IMG/VR virus record: IMGVR_UViG_3300027835_000237
Coordinates: 1-59,864 of that record
Length of the DNA stretch: 59,864 bases
Reading direction: 5' to 3' (one strand)
DNA from: a virus
Taxonomy: Duplodnaviria > Caudoviricetes
The position numbers and the translations under genes were made by a program. Shown here in pieces: positions 35,738 to 46,000 of this stretch. The notes under the pieces were generated by a model. That model was not told the origin of the DNA, did not search any database, and saw only the letters and a program-made list of their open reading frames with translations. Position 1 is the first letter of the stretch; each line of letters starts with the position of its first letter.

Positions 35738-36460
35738 TTACAACCCAAAGATTTTGGAAAGCGGACGCACTAAAAATCCTGCAACTGCTCCCGAAAAGAA
35801 CCATTTCATTTTGCTCTTCTTAGCTTGTACTTTTAGAAGAGTTACTTCCGCTTTGCACGCTTTATCTGCATCTACAATCTGCCGGCCTAATCCATCTATC
35901 TCAACATGCAATCCCGTAATCACGCCAGTCTGTGCAACAACCTGTTTCTCTTTATTCGCAGACTGCGTGCGCGTATCATCCAAATCAGCTTTGAGTTGTG
36001 GAATGGTTTCGAGGGCAACAACCGTTTGGCGAGCACCAGCATCAGTGATCGTGAACAAACTTCCAGGTGTGGGCTTTACAGTATCAAGCGGGAGACCAGC
36101 TAGAAGTTCCCACCGCGTTGCAAGTTCAGGCGGCGGCAAGGTCTTATCCTTTTCAATCTGCACTTTGGTTGCCGCATCGCGGGCAGTAATAGCGAGAGCA
36201 AGTTTTGTGTTATCCGCCATGACTTGCTTGGCGAGATCCGCATATTGTTGAGCGAGCGCGGCGTTTTGCTGCGCGGTAACCTTGTTGACTTCAACCTGAG
36301 CTTCAAGCACGGCCGTCCGTTTATCGTAAATACGCTGGTCGCGTTTCTCCAAATATCCGAGTCCTTTATACACTCCGAAAGTTAAGAACAGCAAACCAGC
36401 CGCAACTAGTACAAGACGCTCGTGGTGCTTGAACCACGAAAGGTAATTTTCGAGAGTCAT
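35738..36460 (-). CDS. Membrane-anchored coiled-coil protein (possibly spanin-like)
   Basis: N-terminal TM, long heptad-rich region, C-terminal hydrophobic segment. Confidence 0.5.
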   Translation of the reverse strand: MTLENYLSWFKHHERLVLVAAGLLFLTFGVYKGLGYLEKRDQRIYDKRTAVLEAQVEVNKVTAQQNAALAQQYADLAKQVMADNTKLALAITARDAATKVQIEKDKTLPPPELATRWELLAGLPLDTVKPTPGSLFTITDAGARQTVVALETIPQLKADLDDTRTQSANKEKQVVAQTGVITGLHVEIDGLGRQIVDADKACKAEVTLLKVQAKKSKMKWFFSGAVAGFLVRPLSKIFGL

Positions 36461-36488
36461 TTGTACCTCAAAACTTTAGCACTCAACG

Positions 36489-36517
36489 AAGGTACTACAA
36501 GTACTGGCGGTTGTCAA
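36489..36517 (-). promoter_or_regulatory. Sigma70-type promoter with AT-rich UP-like tract
   Basis: TTGACA-17 bp-TACCTT; A/T tracts at 36520-36552. Confidence 0.72.
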
Positions 36518-36607
36518 GCGTTATTTCAATATTTCTATTTTTTATAAAAATAATCGCTTCCTTATTCCTTCCTCGTCACCCAAACGTCGAGCGTGTGCTG
36601 GCCCGTT

Positions 36608-38767
36608 CTAATTCACAATCCAATACTCAAAGCAGACCGTTCCCGTCGTTGACTGTAGGGCAACCGTAAAACTTGTGCCTGCACTCACCGCAGAAATGGT
36701 GAAATCCGTGGTTCCCACGAGCGGTGTCACGCAGGTTGGGGTGCCCGGCAAGTTGGAGGCGAACGTGATCGGCTGAAGGAAGATGCGGCTCGCTGCCGTC
36801 ACGGCTGTCGTATTCACAACATAAGTAGTCGTAAGCGTTGGAATGACGAAGGCTCCCGCTGCCGCCGAGCCGCAGGCCGCCGGGGAGGCGCTATTCACGG
36901 CACAGTTGGTCGCAGTAGCAAACGCACTAGCGGAAAAGCTACCATCTCCGCTGCCTCCATTTGTAACCTTTAGAGCGCCAGCACCATTCCTTTTGAGACC
37001 GACATCCACAGCCGATGCGCCACCAGGCCCCCAAACTTCCGTCCCTGCGGAGTCTATGTTGAAGCGATTGACGGTATCCCCAAACTGGAATATCGCTAGG
37101 CAACGATCAGTGGCAATGTTCAGGCACTCGTAAGAGGGGTCGCCGTCCCCAGCTACGATTGGGTTAAACCCGGAGGCGAAATAATGCTGAATTACGTTTG
37201 CCGTTGGAAGGGGAAACGTACCTGAGCTGAGATACCACTGGCCCAGGAAGACGCTATGCACGGCGTTGAGGCGGACGTTATCTAGCTCTATGATGTGACC
37301 GATATTCCCTTGGGGGCAGTCACTATAGGCCAGGGAGTCTCCCGTCTGCGCGACCACGTTATCAACGGCAAGATTCTCCAGCTTCAGCGCAAGCCATCGG
37401 GTGTTTGCGCCTGCGGGGGGACATTTTAGATTAAAAAGGGTCTTGTTGATGCCCTGCGTCGCGTTAATCTCAATACGCCCAGTCTTCACAACCGCCACGC
37501 CAGCAGCCGAGGCGTTCCGCGTGTTGTCGAAGTTTATGACTCCGCCAGATGCGGGCGTAGAGGCGTTGTCCCATGTGAAACCGTCAATCTGAAAACTGGA
37601 GTCATTTTGAGAGTCAAAGGTGTACGCCAGTATGCCGTACCCTCCGCAACCATCGAAGCGCAAGTCCCGCCAGTGAAGATTGAACCAGCCGCCTTGAACC
37701 TGGATGCAGTCGCCGGTTGTCGGGCCAACTTCAAAGTTGTTCACTTGCAGATATTTGTCAGGCGTGCCCGCAATGACCAGGCCCGTTGCCGGGGTCGCAG
37801 TGCCTTGCCGGAAGTAGAACCCATCTAGGCGCCCGAAGGAACTACACCCTAAACAGTTAACCGGGCGGAAAAACATCACGCCCCCAGCGTTATTGTTTAC
37901 CGGAACGGTGGGGACACCGGGGCCAGCGACTGCCAGAGAACCGTTCGTCCAATTCGAGCCAATCGCGCAAGCGGTGAAGCCTTGGAAGCCTGTTGTTATC
38001 CCGGTTGCTAGTGTGCATTGTGTGGCGGTCATAGTCTGGAGCGCTTCGGTGTTGGCCGCTCCTCCAGCGGGAGAAACATAGACGCGGTAGCCTAGAACGC
38101 CGGTAGCGCTAGACGGGGCGTTGACCGTAGTGGTGCTGGTTGCTCCGGTGGTTACAATGGTGGAGGCGGCATCGTTGGAAATCAGAGTTTCCTTGCCGTA
38201 AGCATCCGCGTAAGTCACGGCGATCCGGTACGTTCCCGCTGCTATGGTTCCACCAGTCGTGCTCGTGGAGCCGGTCGCCGCCGCTGGTGCGGCGATGGAG
38301 CCCAAGCCATTCCAGCGGACTTGCACGCCAGAATTGGGGACATTGCTCGTAATTAGGTTGCACGCCTTCCAGATGATCGTCGCGTTGATGTCGTATCTTC
38401 CAGGAGGAAAATAGCAGTTCCGAACTCCATAGGTTCCGTTGTTCAGAGCATCCCCGGCATTGATCGCGTTTTGGATGGCCGTTGTGCTGTCCGTTGCTCC
38501 AGTAGGGTCGGCACCGTAGGCCACTACGTCAATCCACCCTACTGTGATAAATGTTGGGCTACCACTAGCAACTTTACATTCGTGCAATCCAATATTACCG
38601 TCCGCACCTGCTGTAGTTTGGTAGTAAAGATCACCAATATTGGCGCAGGTAATTGATGATACATTAGCAACTTCAGGAATACGCCCAGTTTTAGAGGTCT
38701 GCGCCCCTAAACTTGGAACAAACAACGCAGACAACAATAATGCTAAACTAAGAAGTAGTTTTTTCAT
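36608..38767 (-). CDS. Signal-peptide-bearing beta-helix (pectate lyase 3-like / tail spike-like) protein
   Basis: MKKLLLSLALLLSALFVPSLGAQ; DVVAYGADPTGATDSTTAIQNAIN...YFPPGRY; Thr/Gly/Asn-rich. Confidence 0.68.
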   Translation of the reverse strand: MKKLLLSLALLLSALFVPSLGAQTSKTGRIPEVANVSSITCANIGDLYYQTTAGADGNIGLHECKVASGSPTFITVGWIDVVAYGADPTGATDSTTAIQNAINAGDALNNGTYGVRNCYFPPGRYDINATIIWKACNLITSNVPNSGVQVRWNGLGSIAAPAAATGSTSTTGGTIAAGTYRIAVTYADAYGKETLISNDAASTIVTTGATSTTTVNAPSSATGVLGYRVYVSPAGGAANTEALQTMTATQCTLATGITTGFQGFTACAIGSNWTNGSLAVAGPGVPTVPVNNNAGGVMFFRPVNCLGCSSFGRLDGFYFRQGTATPATGLVIAGTPDKYLQVNNFEVGPTTGDCIQVQGGWFNLHWRDLRFDGCGGYGILAYTFDSQNDSSFQIDGFTWDNASTPASGGVINFDNTRNASAAGVAVVKTGRIEINATQGINKTLFNLKCPPAGANTRWLALKLENLAVDNVVAQTGDSLAYSDCPQGNIGHIIELDNVRLNAVHSVFLGQWYLSSGTFPLPTANVIQHYFASGFNPIVAGDGDPSYECLNIATDRCLAIFQFGDTVNRFNIDSAGTEVWGPGGASAVDVGLKRNGAGALKVTNGGSGDGSFSASAFATATNCAVNSASPAACGSAAAGAFVIPTLTTTYVVNTTAVTAASRIFLQPITFASNLPGTPTCVTPLVGTTDFTISAVSAGTSFTVALQSTTGTVCFEYWIVN

Positions 38768-39011
38768 TTGATATCTCTTTTCCATTTCGCATAAAAACAG
38801 CAGCAGTTTTGTTAACCGCATAGGGGCCTAATACATAAGCCAACACACCCGATAATGTAGCAGCATCCGGGACTATATGATGAAACCAAACATATACCGT
38901 AAGCCATCCAAGTCCAAAAATCCCATGAATAAAACTCATGACCCGGCCAAAACTTGGGAGTCCACTTTCCTCACTAAAAATTCCACGAATAAATTTTCCA
39001 TTCCAATCCAT
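38748..39011 (-). CDS. Holin-like small membrane protein
   Basis: Two TM segments, S.GRV motif, charged C-terminus; AGGAG SD. Confidence 0.5.
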   Translation of the reverse strand: MDWNGKFIRGIFSEESGLPSFGRVMSFIHGIFGLGWLTVYVWFHHIVPDAATLSGVLAYVLGPYAVNKTAAVFMRNGKEISNEKTTS

Positions 39012-39021
39012 ATAATCTCCT

Positions 39022-39050
39022 ACACTACCATATAAGTGTGACACTGTCAA
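39022..39050 (-). promoter_or_regulatory. Possible sigma70-type promoter
   Basis: TTGACA-17 bp-TAGTGT with TG extension; very close to the SD. Confidence 0.45.
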
Positions 39051-39469
39051 GCTATTATTGCACCATGCCTCTTATCGAGGTAACTTGCTGCATTCAAAGC
39101 ACTTTTCGCGTTATCGCTGAGGAGTTGGAGGGCCCTATTACATCTATGGCATAGCGCTCCGCGAATCGAGCGCCGTAACAGCCAAAGTCTTGCGGCGGCG
39201 CGCGCAATCTTTCGTGATGCACCAGGGAAAACGGTCATCAATCCTTCAACTGTAACAGCGGCTTCCCAGCCCAATAAAGCCTTTGTAGTCACTATTTTAG
39301 ATCGCGCAATCCGATGATCATGGTCGATTGATAGCCGGTGCGAACCCGGCGGTCTGCCGCATATCTCGCACACGTTTCCATTTGCCGTAAATAGTGCATC
39401 TACTTCGGTCAAACTAAGGCCGTAGTGCTTGCGATAGTACTTGTCGCGCTGCTCAGGCGTCTGCTTCAT
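39047..39469 (-). CDS. Endonuclease VII-like protein (second)
   Basis: YGLS, CEICG, IDHDH, IRGALCHRCNRAL. Confidence 0.8.
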   Translation of the reverse strand: MKQTPEQRDKYYRKHYGLSLTEVDALFTANGNVCEICGRPPGSHRLSIDHDHRIARSKIVTTKALLGWEAAVTVEGLMTVFPGASRKIARAAARLWLLRRSIRGALCHRCNRALQLLSDNAKSALNAASYLDKRHGAIIA

Positions 39470-39474
39470 CTCGG

Positions 39475-39768
39475 CTACTTGGCTGCTATATGAAGTGTGC
39501 GGAGAAAGGAGACTATCCACTGGATAGCAAATGATAGTCCAACAAAGACGCCACTCGCTACATAAATCTTCTTCGTCATATAGGCTTGGCCCTCTTCGAG
39601 TTTATCAATGCGCCCTTTTTGCCCCCCGCCGCCTACTAAGGAGATCATATTAGTTTCAAGGCGTGCAAGGCTTTCAACAACCCTGAGTTGAAAGTGTCCG
39701 TTTACTCCGTCGCCCCGTTCGCCCTTTTCTCCGCGCTCACCTTGTTCACCCCGTTGTTCGTCTGACAT
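39475..39768 (-). CDS. Small membrane protein with short G-x-y repeat
   Basis: GEQGERGEKGERGD, LARLET, GRIDKLE, C-terminal TM. Confidence 0.55.
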   Translation of the reverse strand: MSDEQRGEQGERGEKGERGDGVNGHFQLRVVESLARLETNMISLVGGGGQKGRIDKLEEGQAYMTKKIYVASGVFVGLSFAIQWIVSFLRTLHIAAK

Positions 39769-39785
39769 AATAACCACCCTTAGAT

Positions 39786-40094
39786 TTATTTGATTCCGAT
39801 TACAGTAAATGGAACTGATTTTGCTGTGCAATTCGCGCAAGGCAACCAATGCTCGCGCGCGAGGAAAAGCACATGCCCTAGTGCCATAACAGATAACACT
39901 TCAATGGGCCGATGCAAACCCGCTGCAAAAGCAATCGCACTTGTCCAAAATCCCAAACACACTGGGCAGCTACGTAATTTAGCCGGCAACCACCGAAAGA
40001 TTTCCCCTGAGTGTAATAGGAGCGTCAGGTGAGATTGCACCAAACTTACGAGCAAGATCCAGCAAAGATTTGAAATGCTGAGGGTCTGCACCAA
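39786..40094 (-). CDS. Membrane protein with CxxC (DUF1360-like); start uncertain
   Basis: LRSCPVCLGFW, hydrophobic segments, CANC. Confidence 0.5.
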   Translation of the reverse strand: MVQTLSISNLCWILLVSLVQSHLTLLLHSGEIFRWLPAKLRSCPVCLGFWTSAIAFAAGLHRPIEVLSVMALGHVLFLAREHWLPCANCTAKSVPFTVIGIK

Positions 40095-40302
40095 GTATTA
40101 CCTCCGTAGATAACAAGGAAATTGTGACGGGCACCTGCACCGGCTGGCCGAGTAAAGCAAAGATGGCTTCAAGACCCCGAGTTAAAACAGGGTCAGTGCC
40201 TACTTCAACTATTTCGTGTTCGATATTATTTCGTGTAAGAAACCATTTGACTTCTTCACAATAGGGGCAACCCGGTTGTACATACACGCGCGCGAACTTC
40301 AT
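39979..40302 (-). CDS. Glutaredoxin/NrdH-like redoxin
   Basis: VYVQPGCPYCEEVKWFL, QVP; GGAGGT SD. Confidence 0.82.
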   Translation of the reverse strand: MKFARVYVQPGCPYCEEVKWFLTRNNIEHEIVEVGTDPVLTRGLEAIFALLGQPVQVPVTISLLSTEVILGADPQHFKSLLDLARKFGAISPDAPITLRGNLSVVAG

Positions 40303-40303
40303 A

Positions 40304-42655
40304 CTACCTCCGGGCCCAAACTTGGGCATTTACGTTTGCTAATGATTCGGCAGATTGCGTTGTAAATTGTATTGAGATTACGTCACCCTTAACAAAGGGC
40401 ACTACGTTTGTCGAATCAACGCAAGTTAAACCTGTACCTAAAGTACAAGTTATGGCAGTAGCTACGTTATTTTTCAATACAGTTACAACTCCTGATCCAG
40501 CCACGCGCCCTCCACTGCCTGCTTTTGCGGAAAGATTCGAAAGCAAACCATCTCTGCTCATTACTTGTCCCTGATCTACAGTGGTTGATGTACAATTTCG
40601 CGTTGCAGTTTGACCCAAAGCGTATAAACCAAGTGTAGCAGAAGATGAAGCTGTTCCTACGCATGTTCCTTGCAACATATTATCACTGATGATTGCCCCG
40701 CTACCAGTAACTTTCCCGAGAATAATATTGCCCCCACCATCTACTAGTGTGCCCGCATTTTGTGAAGTGCAACTTGGACTACTATCAAGTTGTGTTCCTA
40801 TTAAAGTGAGCCTACCTCCTATAGCTACGATAACTGGAGTTTCTCCTACATTTAATGCAAGACTACATCCAACTAAGGTCGCATCGGATGCCTCATCAAT
40901 TAGCATTTCACCCGTAGCAGCATTGCCGGCTAAATGATAACCAACAAAAGTGATAATCTGAGAATTCTTTAATTGGATGCAAGGACTAGCCGCACCAGAG
41001 CATTCATCATGCGCTCCACCAATAAAGCTGACACGTTTTGCATTAACTACCTGTATTGGACAATCAGTGCTTACTGTCCCGTAGTCATACACAATAGTAA
41101 GAGAACCTTGAATTTTTAATCCTGTGTTTGTCCCATCGCTGCTTTTAACTTGATAAGAGTAATATTTGTGAACTCGTGTTGAACCTGCAAGAAACAATCC
41201 AGCCGCCAATACACCGTTTGTGAGAACAAAATTTGAAACTTTAAGGTCGAAAATTGTAGAGGTACTAGTACTTACGGCTTTTGATTGATTATTAGCATTC
41301 GTTAGCGTTGCGCCATGAAAATCAATGTTTAAGTGTCCAAATTCTCCTGCAAGATTACTATTCTCGTTAAAAACTGCACTAAAACTAGTAAATGTGATTG
41401 TTGGCGCTGGCCAAATATTAGTCGCATTTGAGCCTCGACCATGAACAACTAACGGCAGAACACCAGACGAATTAAATGGAATCGCACCATCATACATGAT
41501 ATTGCCCGATGGCAATTGAATCGTTCTACCTGTATTGTTTCCATCGACACCGGCTTTTCGCAATCCAGCGCCATTTTCGGTGCCAAGAAAACATGCTCGA
41601 CTTCCTCCGGTATTAGTTGCGTTCACTGACGCCGTCGCTTGTGTAGCCGATTGAACAGAAAGAATTGTGCTCGGAACTAAATAAACGGCCATAGGAGTAG
41701 CGTTACCGGCGTAAGTTATATGACACCAAATTGTTTTGCCGACATCTGCCGAAGTAAATGCCATTGTCGCTGATGTGATTTGCGGATTGTTGATGATAAG
41801 TGAGCAATCCGTCGTTGTACGCCCATTCGCTACTACGTTATAGGGATCAAGTGTAACATCAATGTAATCATTATTCGCACCGGCCGGCTTTCCCCACGAA
41901 ACGTCCTCACGCAAATACCGAAGCGAGCCAGCTACCGGGCTGGTATCGGGCACCTGACCTGGACGATGATTGATCCCGGCTTTGCCAAAAATATCCGGGC
42001 TATTAGGTAGATCAGCAGGCTGGAGCGCCCGGAAGGTAGGTGCAGCAGCAGGACTAGATAATGGCGCTGCAAAAACAGTATTCGGTGTTTCATTCGCTAA
42101 AGTTAATGCAAGTGTTCCACTCGTTGTAATTGGTGTTCCGGCAATTGTCAAGAAAGCTGGCACCGTCATCGCAACACTTGTTACTGTACCGCTACCACCA
42201 CCAGGAACCTGCCACGTTGCATCTTCGCGTAGAAACTTTGTGACACCAGCAGTAGGACTAGTATCAGGCACAGCGCCTTGAGCATGAAGCGTACCACTCG
42301 CGCCAAACACCACACCAGTAATCAGAGGCAGTGCCGTAACACCAGGAAACAATGTGCCGGCGTAGGCCGCAGAAGGCCCCACAATCCAAGTGAGCGGGCC
42401 CCAAACCGTTGTACCTCCAGAGTTCTTTGCTATTGTTGAATAGGAGGTGCCGGCCGGCGTAAGTTCGGCATTAGCATTTACGTTTGCCTGCCCAATGATA
42501 ACACCATTTGCGTCAAGGTTGAATGTGTAGGTAGCAGCGGCTACCGCGCCCGTAGAGATAACAGTCGCGGCCACGGAGAGCGTAAGCACAACAGTACCGT
42601 TGGCTACAGGTGTACCGTCTCCGTTTAAAAATTGTCCTCCAGCAATGTTGAACAT
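40304..42655 (-). CDS. Tail fibre/spike-like protein
   Basis: G/T/S/N-rich; GTVTSV, PITTSGTL, APTFRAL...DLP; twice VPDTSP.AG..(K/R)(F/Y)LRED..W; beta-helix-like C-half. Confidence 0.7.
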   Translation of the reverse strand: MFNIAGGQFLNGDGTPVANGTVVLTLSVAATVISTGAVAAATYTFNLDANGVIIGQANVNANAELTPAGTSYSTIAKNSGGTTVWGPLTWIVGPSAAYAGTLFPGVTALPLITGVVFGASGTLHAQGAVPDTSPTAGVTKFLREDATWQVPGGGSGTVTSVAMTVPAFLTIAGTPITTSGTLALTLANETPNTVFAAPLSSPAAAPTFRALQPADLPNSPDIFGKAGINHRPGQVPDTSPVAGSLRYLREDVSWGKPAGANNDYIDVTLDPYNVVANGRTTTDCSLIINNPQITSATMAFTSADVGKTIWCHITYAGNATPMAVYLVPSTILSVQSATQATASVNATNTGGSRACFLGTENGAGLRKAGVDGNNTGRTIQLPSGNIMYDGAIPFNSSGVLPLVVHGRGSNATNIWPAPTITFTSFSAVFNENSNLAGEFGHLNIDFHGATLTNANNQSKAVSTSTSTIFDLKVSNFVLTNGVLAAGLFLAGSTRVHKYYSYQVKSSDGTNTGLKIQGSLTIVYDYGTVSTDCPIQVVNAKRVSFIGGAHDECSGAASPCIQLKNSQIITFVGYHLAGNAATGEMLIDEASDATLVGCSLALNVGETPVIVAIGGRLTLIGTQLDSSPSCTSQNAGTLVDGGGNIILGKVTGSGAIISDNMLQGTCVGTASSSATLGLYALGQTATRNCTSTTVDQGQVMSRDGLLSNLSAKAGSGGRVAGSGVVTVLKNNVATAITCTLGTGLTCVDSTNVVPFVKGDVISIQFTTQSAESLANVNAQVWARR

Positions 42656-42663
42656 ACTGTCTC

Positions 42664-43086
42664 CTAGTATTCGCTATCCAACCGAACTTGTGGATGCAAA
42701 GCAGACGCCTTGACATGAACATCCCATACTGTATCCTGTGGTGTGACGCCTATGTGCTTGAGCGCATCAATGTGGTGCTTCTTTACTTTTTTGTGTGCGT
42801 GCGCTTTATCAGTATGTAGCGCGTGTAACGGAGTTGTACGATGATGCACAGGATGATGAAGCCTAGCTACCTCTGGATGCGCGTGCCATAATGCTTCGGA
42901 TGTTTCATCCTTGAAATCATCACAGGATAGCAAGATCATTCCACTATCGCCTAAATCAATATAATGAAAACCACCGCAGCACATGAATAGATGATGATGA
43001 GGAATTGGCTCACCAGTAGCTTCTCGTGGTCCCGCATGACAAGGGTCATGTAGAATAGTTTTAGGAACGACATAGAAACGCCGCAT
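42664..43086 (-). CDS. His-rich hypothetical protein
   Basis: 21 His in 140 aa; AGAGGAG SD. Confidence 0.6.
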   Translation of the reverse strand: MRRFYVVPKTILHDPCHAGPREATGEPIPHHHLFMCCGGFHYIDLGDSGMILLSCDDFKDETSEALWHAHPEVARLHHPVHHRTTPLHALHTDKAHAHKKVKKHHIDALKHIGVTPQDTVWDVHVKASALHPQVRLDSEY

Positions 43087-43096
43087 AATGACTCCT

Positions 43097-46000
43097 CTAC
43101 ACCATCTTGCTGTTGTGGGCTACTATTCCATTTTCCAGAATGTAATGTCGCGCTTCTTCGTCGCGCGTCAAAACCTGAAGGTTGTAGACCGTCGTGCATA
43201 CAGTACGCTGTGACACGTTTGAAAAATAGTGTTCAGCACAAACCCATTTTTCCCCGGCTTTCAAAAGATGGTTCAAGGTAACTAGTTCACCCCGACCCAT
43301 ATCGAGCATTTCCGAAGTGTGATTTTCATGGACTAAAAGCCGAGCAAAGAAAATACCACACTCATTTTCGATAAGGAAATCCCTATCGGTTGGAAGCGCA
43401 TCAAACCGAACGATGCCAAAATCTAGTGTTCTCACCTTCACGTTGCCAGTAAAGCAACCGCCGCCGCCGCCGCCTCCTCCGCCTCCGCCACTAGCAGTCG
43501 TAGCTGCGGCCATTGGAGCAGCAGCTAATCCTACATGCTGATAGGCAGATGCTAGCGCGGCATTAGCATTAGAACGTTCGCTGGCCGTAAATGCCCAAGT
43601 AGGTGTTCCGTGTCCGCCCCCAAGAAAAGTAAGGACTGTTTTTGTTAGTCCGTTCGCGTCATCTAAGTACGGATAGAAATAATATGTTGTATTACTTGTG
43701 AGACCGCTAGTTGTTTGTGTACCTACAAAGTGTTGCGTTGACCCATCATTTCTCACAACATAGATATCCCAAGTCCATGTAATACTAGTTGTATTTGATG
43801 TATAAGTAAATGGACCATACCAAGTCGGCGGTACGCTGCCTGCATTTGTAAGCAGTGCTCCGCTTCCGATATCATACGCGCCAGAAACGCCAATCAAAGG
43901 CACAACAACCGCTGATACTTGTGTTATGCTCTGAGCCATATTGCCAAAGATGTTGAAACTTGTCGCCTTGATGTAAGCCGTCTTTCCGATGTACGACGCC
44001 GGATACTGATACACGTAACTCGCCTGATCTAGGCGACCAAAGAAAGAACCCTTGGGCCAATTTTGCGCTTTAGTATTCTCAATTCCACGCCGCAGGTAGC
44101 TGAGTTTGTAAATGTGATCCCCAACAAGTGCGGCGGTCTTGTAACCAATTATCTCGGGTGTTGCTTGGCCGGTGCCAACAAAAACGCGCATCCGTGCATT
44201 CCTCACGTCCACCACAAAGGGTGATGGCAATGTACCAGCCGAAATAGCTTGAAAAGTTGGGCCCATGGTATCATTGTCTGTTGTAAAATCACCACCCTGC
44301 CAACTAGAACCATATACAGTTTGATCATTAAAATAAGAAGAAATACCGGCTGACCCAGTTGCAAGACTACTATCAGTTTTTGTACTGACAGTATTTCCAT
44401 TGATCCGAGCTATTAGAGTTGTTCCTTGTACTTCAAGATACAAGGTATCACCTATAGCGAATGTAAAGTTTCCGCTATCAAGATTACTTGTTGCTCCATT
44501 TACAACTTTACGAAGAACCCATTGATTTAGATTCTGAAACAGATAGAAAATGTATGCATTGCCCGAACTTGATGAATTTGCACGAAGTGCGACGCCTACT
44601 CCATTTACTCCTGTATTATATAGTGTAATTGTAACCTGCGCCCACTGATCATTAGGCCAAGCAACGCTGTTGTAAAAAGAACAATTTTGACCTGCCGAAT
44701 TACCACTAAAACCGAATGCAGGATTTAAGATCATAGCACCAAAAGCAACAGACCAATTAACACCAAACGTACTTCGTAAAAACTTATCCGAAGCAAGTGC
44801 ATTGGAAGGCTTATTGATGTCAGTAAGGTTAAAGTTTGTGCCCCATTCGCTTACCTGAGAACGCGGCCCGCCAACACTATATTCTTGGTAGGTCGTGAAG
44901 GGTGATGTGAGTTGTACAAGTTTAGCTGTGCCTACGACAGGGGACGAAACACCTGGAGGTATCATTTGAATGCTTAGAGCAACTGAATCGAAAGCAATGG
45001 CTGGAGATTGATCAAGTTTTGCATCAAAAAAGATTTGGTATCCAAGAAGTACATTACCGGCCGGGATTGAAAATCCAAAGCCCGCCGCTTGACCCCAGCC
45101 GCTTGTAGTTCTATCCGGGGCATTTCCAAGTGTAATTTCGGCAAAATTACCACTAGCACGCGTCGCAGAAAAATTTGTTGGATTAGACCATGCTCCTGTT
45201 ATAGGTGCTAATGTCGGCCCAGTAATATTATATCCTTTCGCAGCCGGACTCTCATAGTACGTAGGATTTACAATGTTCGGAGCCGCCAAAATAGAACGCG
45301 TTACAAAATGGTCGGCATCTGCCTGCGTAACACTGCTCAATGTTGTCGTAGAGTTTTCGAGAGTAACAAAGAGATCCTGTGTCAAATCAGGATCGGGCCC
45401 TGAATAGAACGGTGAAGTTAAAGTACCAAAACGCCCCGAGACGCTAGTAGTTGTCAAGAGGTTGTAGGTGATATTGTCAAAGCTAATCCACAAACTACAT
45501 CCACCCCATGCTAGCTCTTTGCCGCCAACAAAGATGTACAGGGAGTTGCCTTCTTGTTTGCTCAACGTAGCTGGCGCTTCAAACACAAAGATATCCGTAG
45601 CGCCAGGGTCTTGCTGGCCGCGACTCAAATCATCGGAAGGTTTCTGTGCTTGCTTCGGATACAACACTGCATCACCAGTTGCCCAGGGAAAATCTTTAGC
45701 CGTCACTGCAAGCGGTTTGTCCGGTGCATCTGTGATACTCAGCAAACGCACAGGCGTATTCGATAAGCCGAGGTTCGCGTCAGTGAGTAACACAATATCC
45801 ATCGGTTCCAAATACGCATAGTTCGATCTGAGATTAAATGAATAAGTATTTCGAACTGTATTGCCGGCCTGAACGCGCAGGTTCGCTGCAAGTTGCGCCG
45901 CCTTCTCAGTACAGATGAAGGGGTAAGATACTGGCGGCTCTCGGCGCAAACCAAACGTATCTATACTAGCTGGATCTTCCGCTTCTAGCACATCCTCGTT

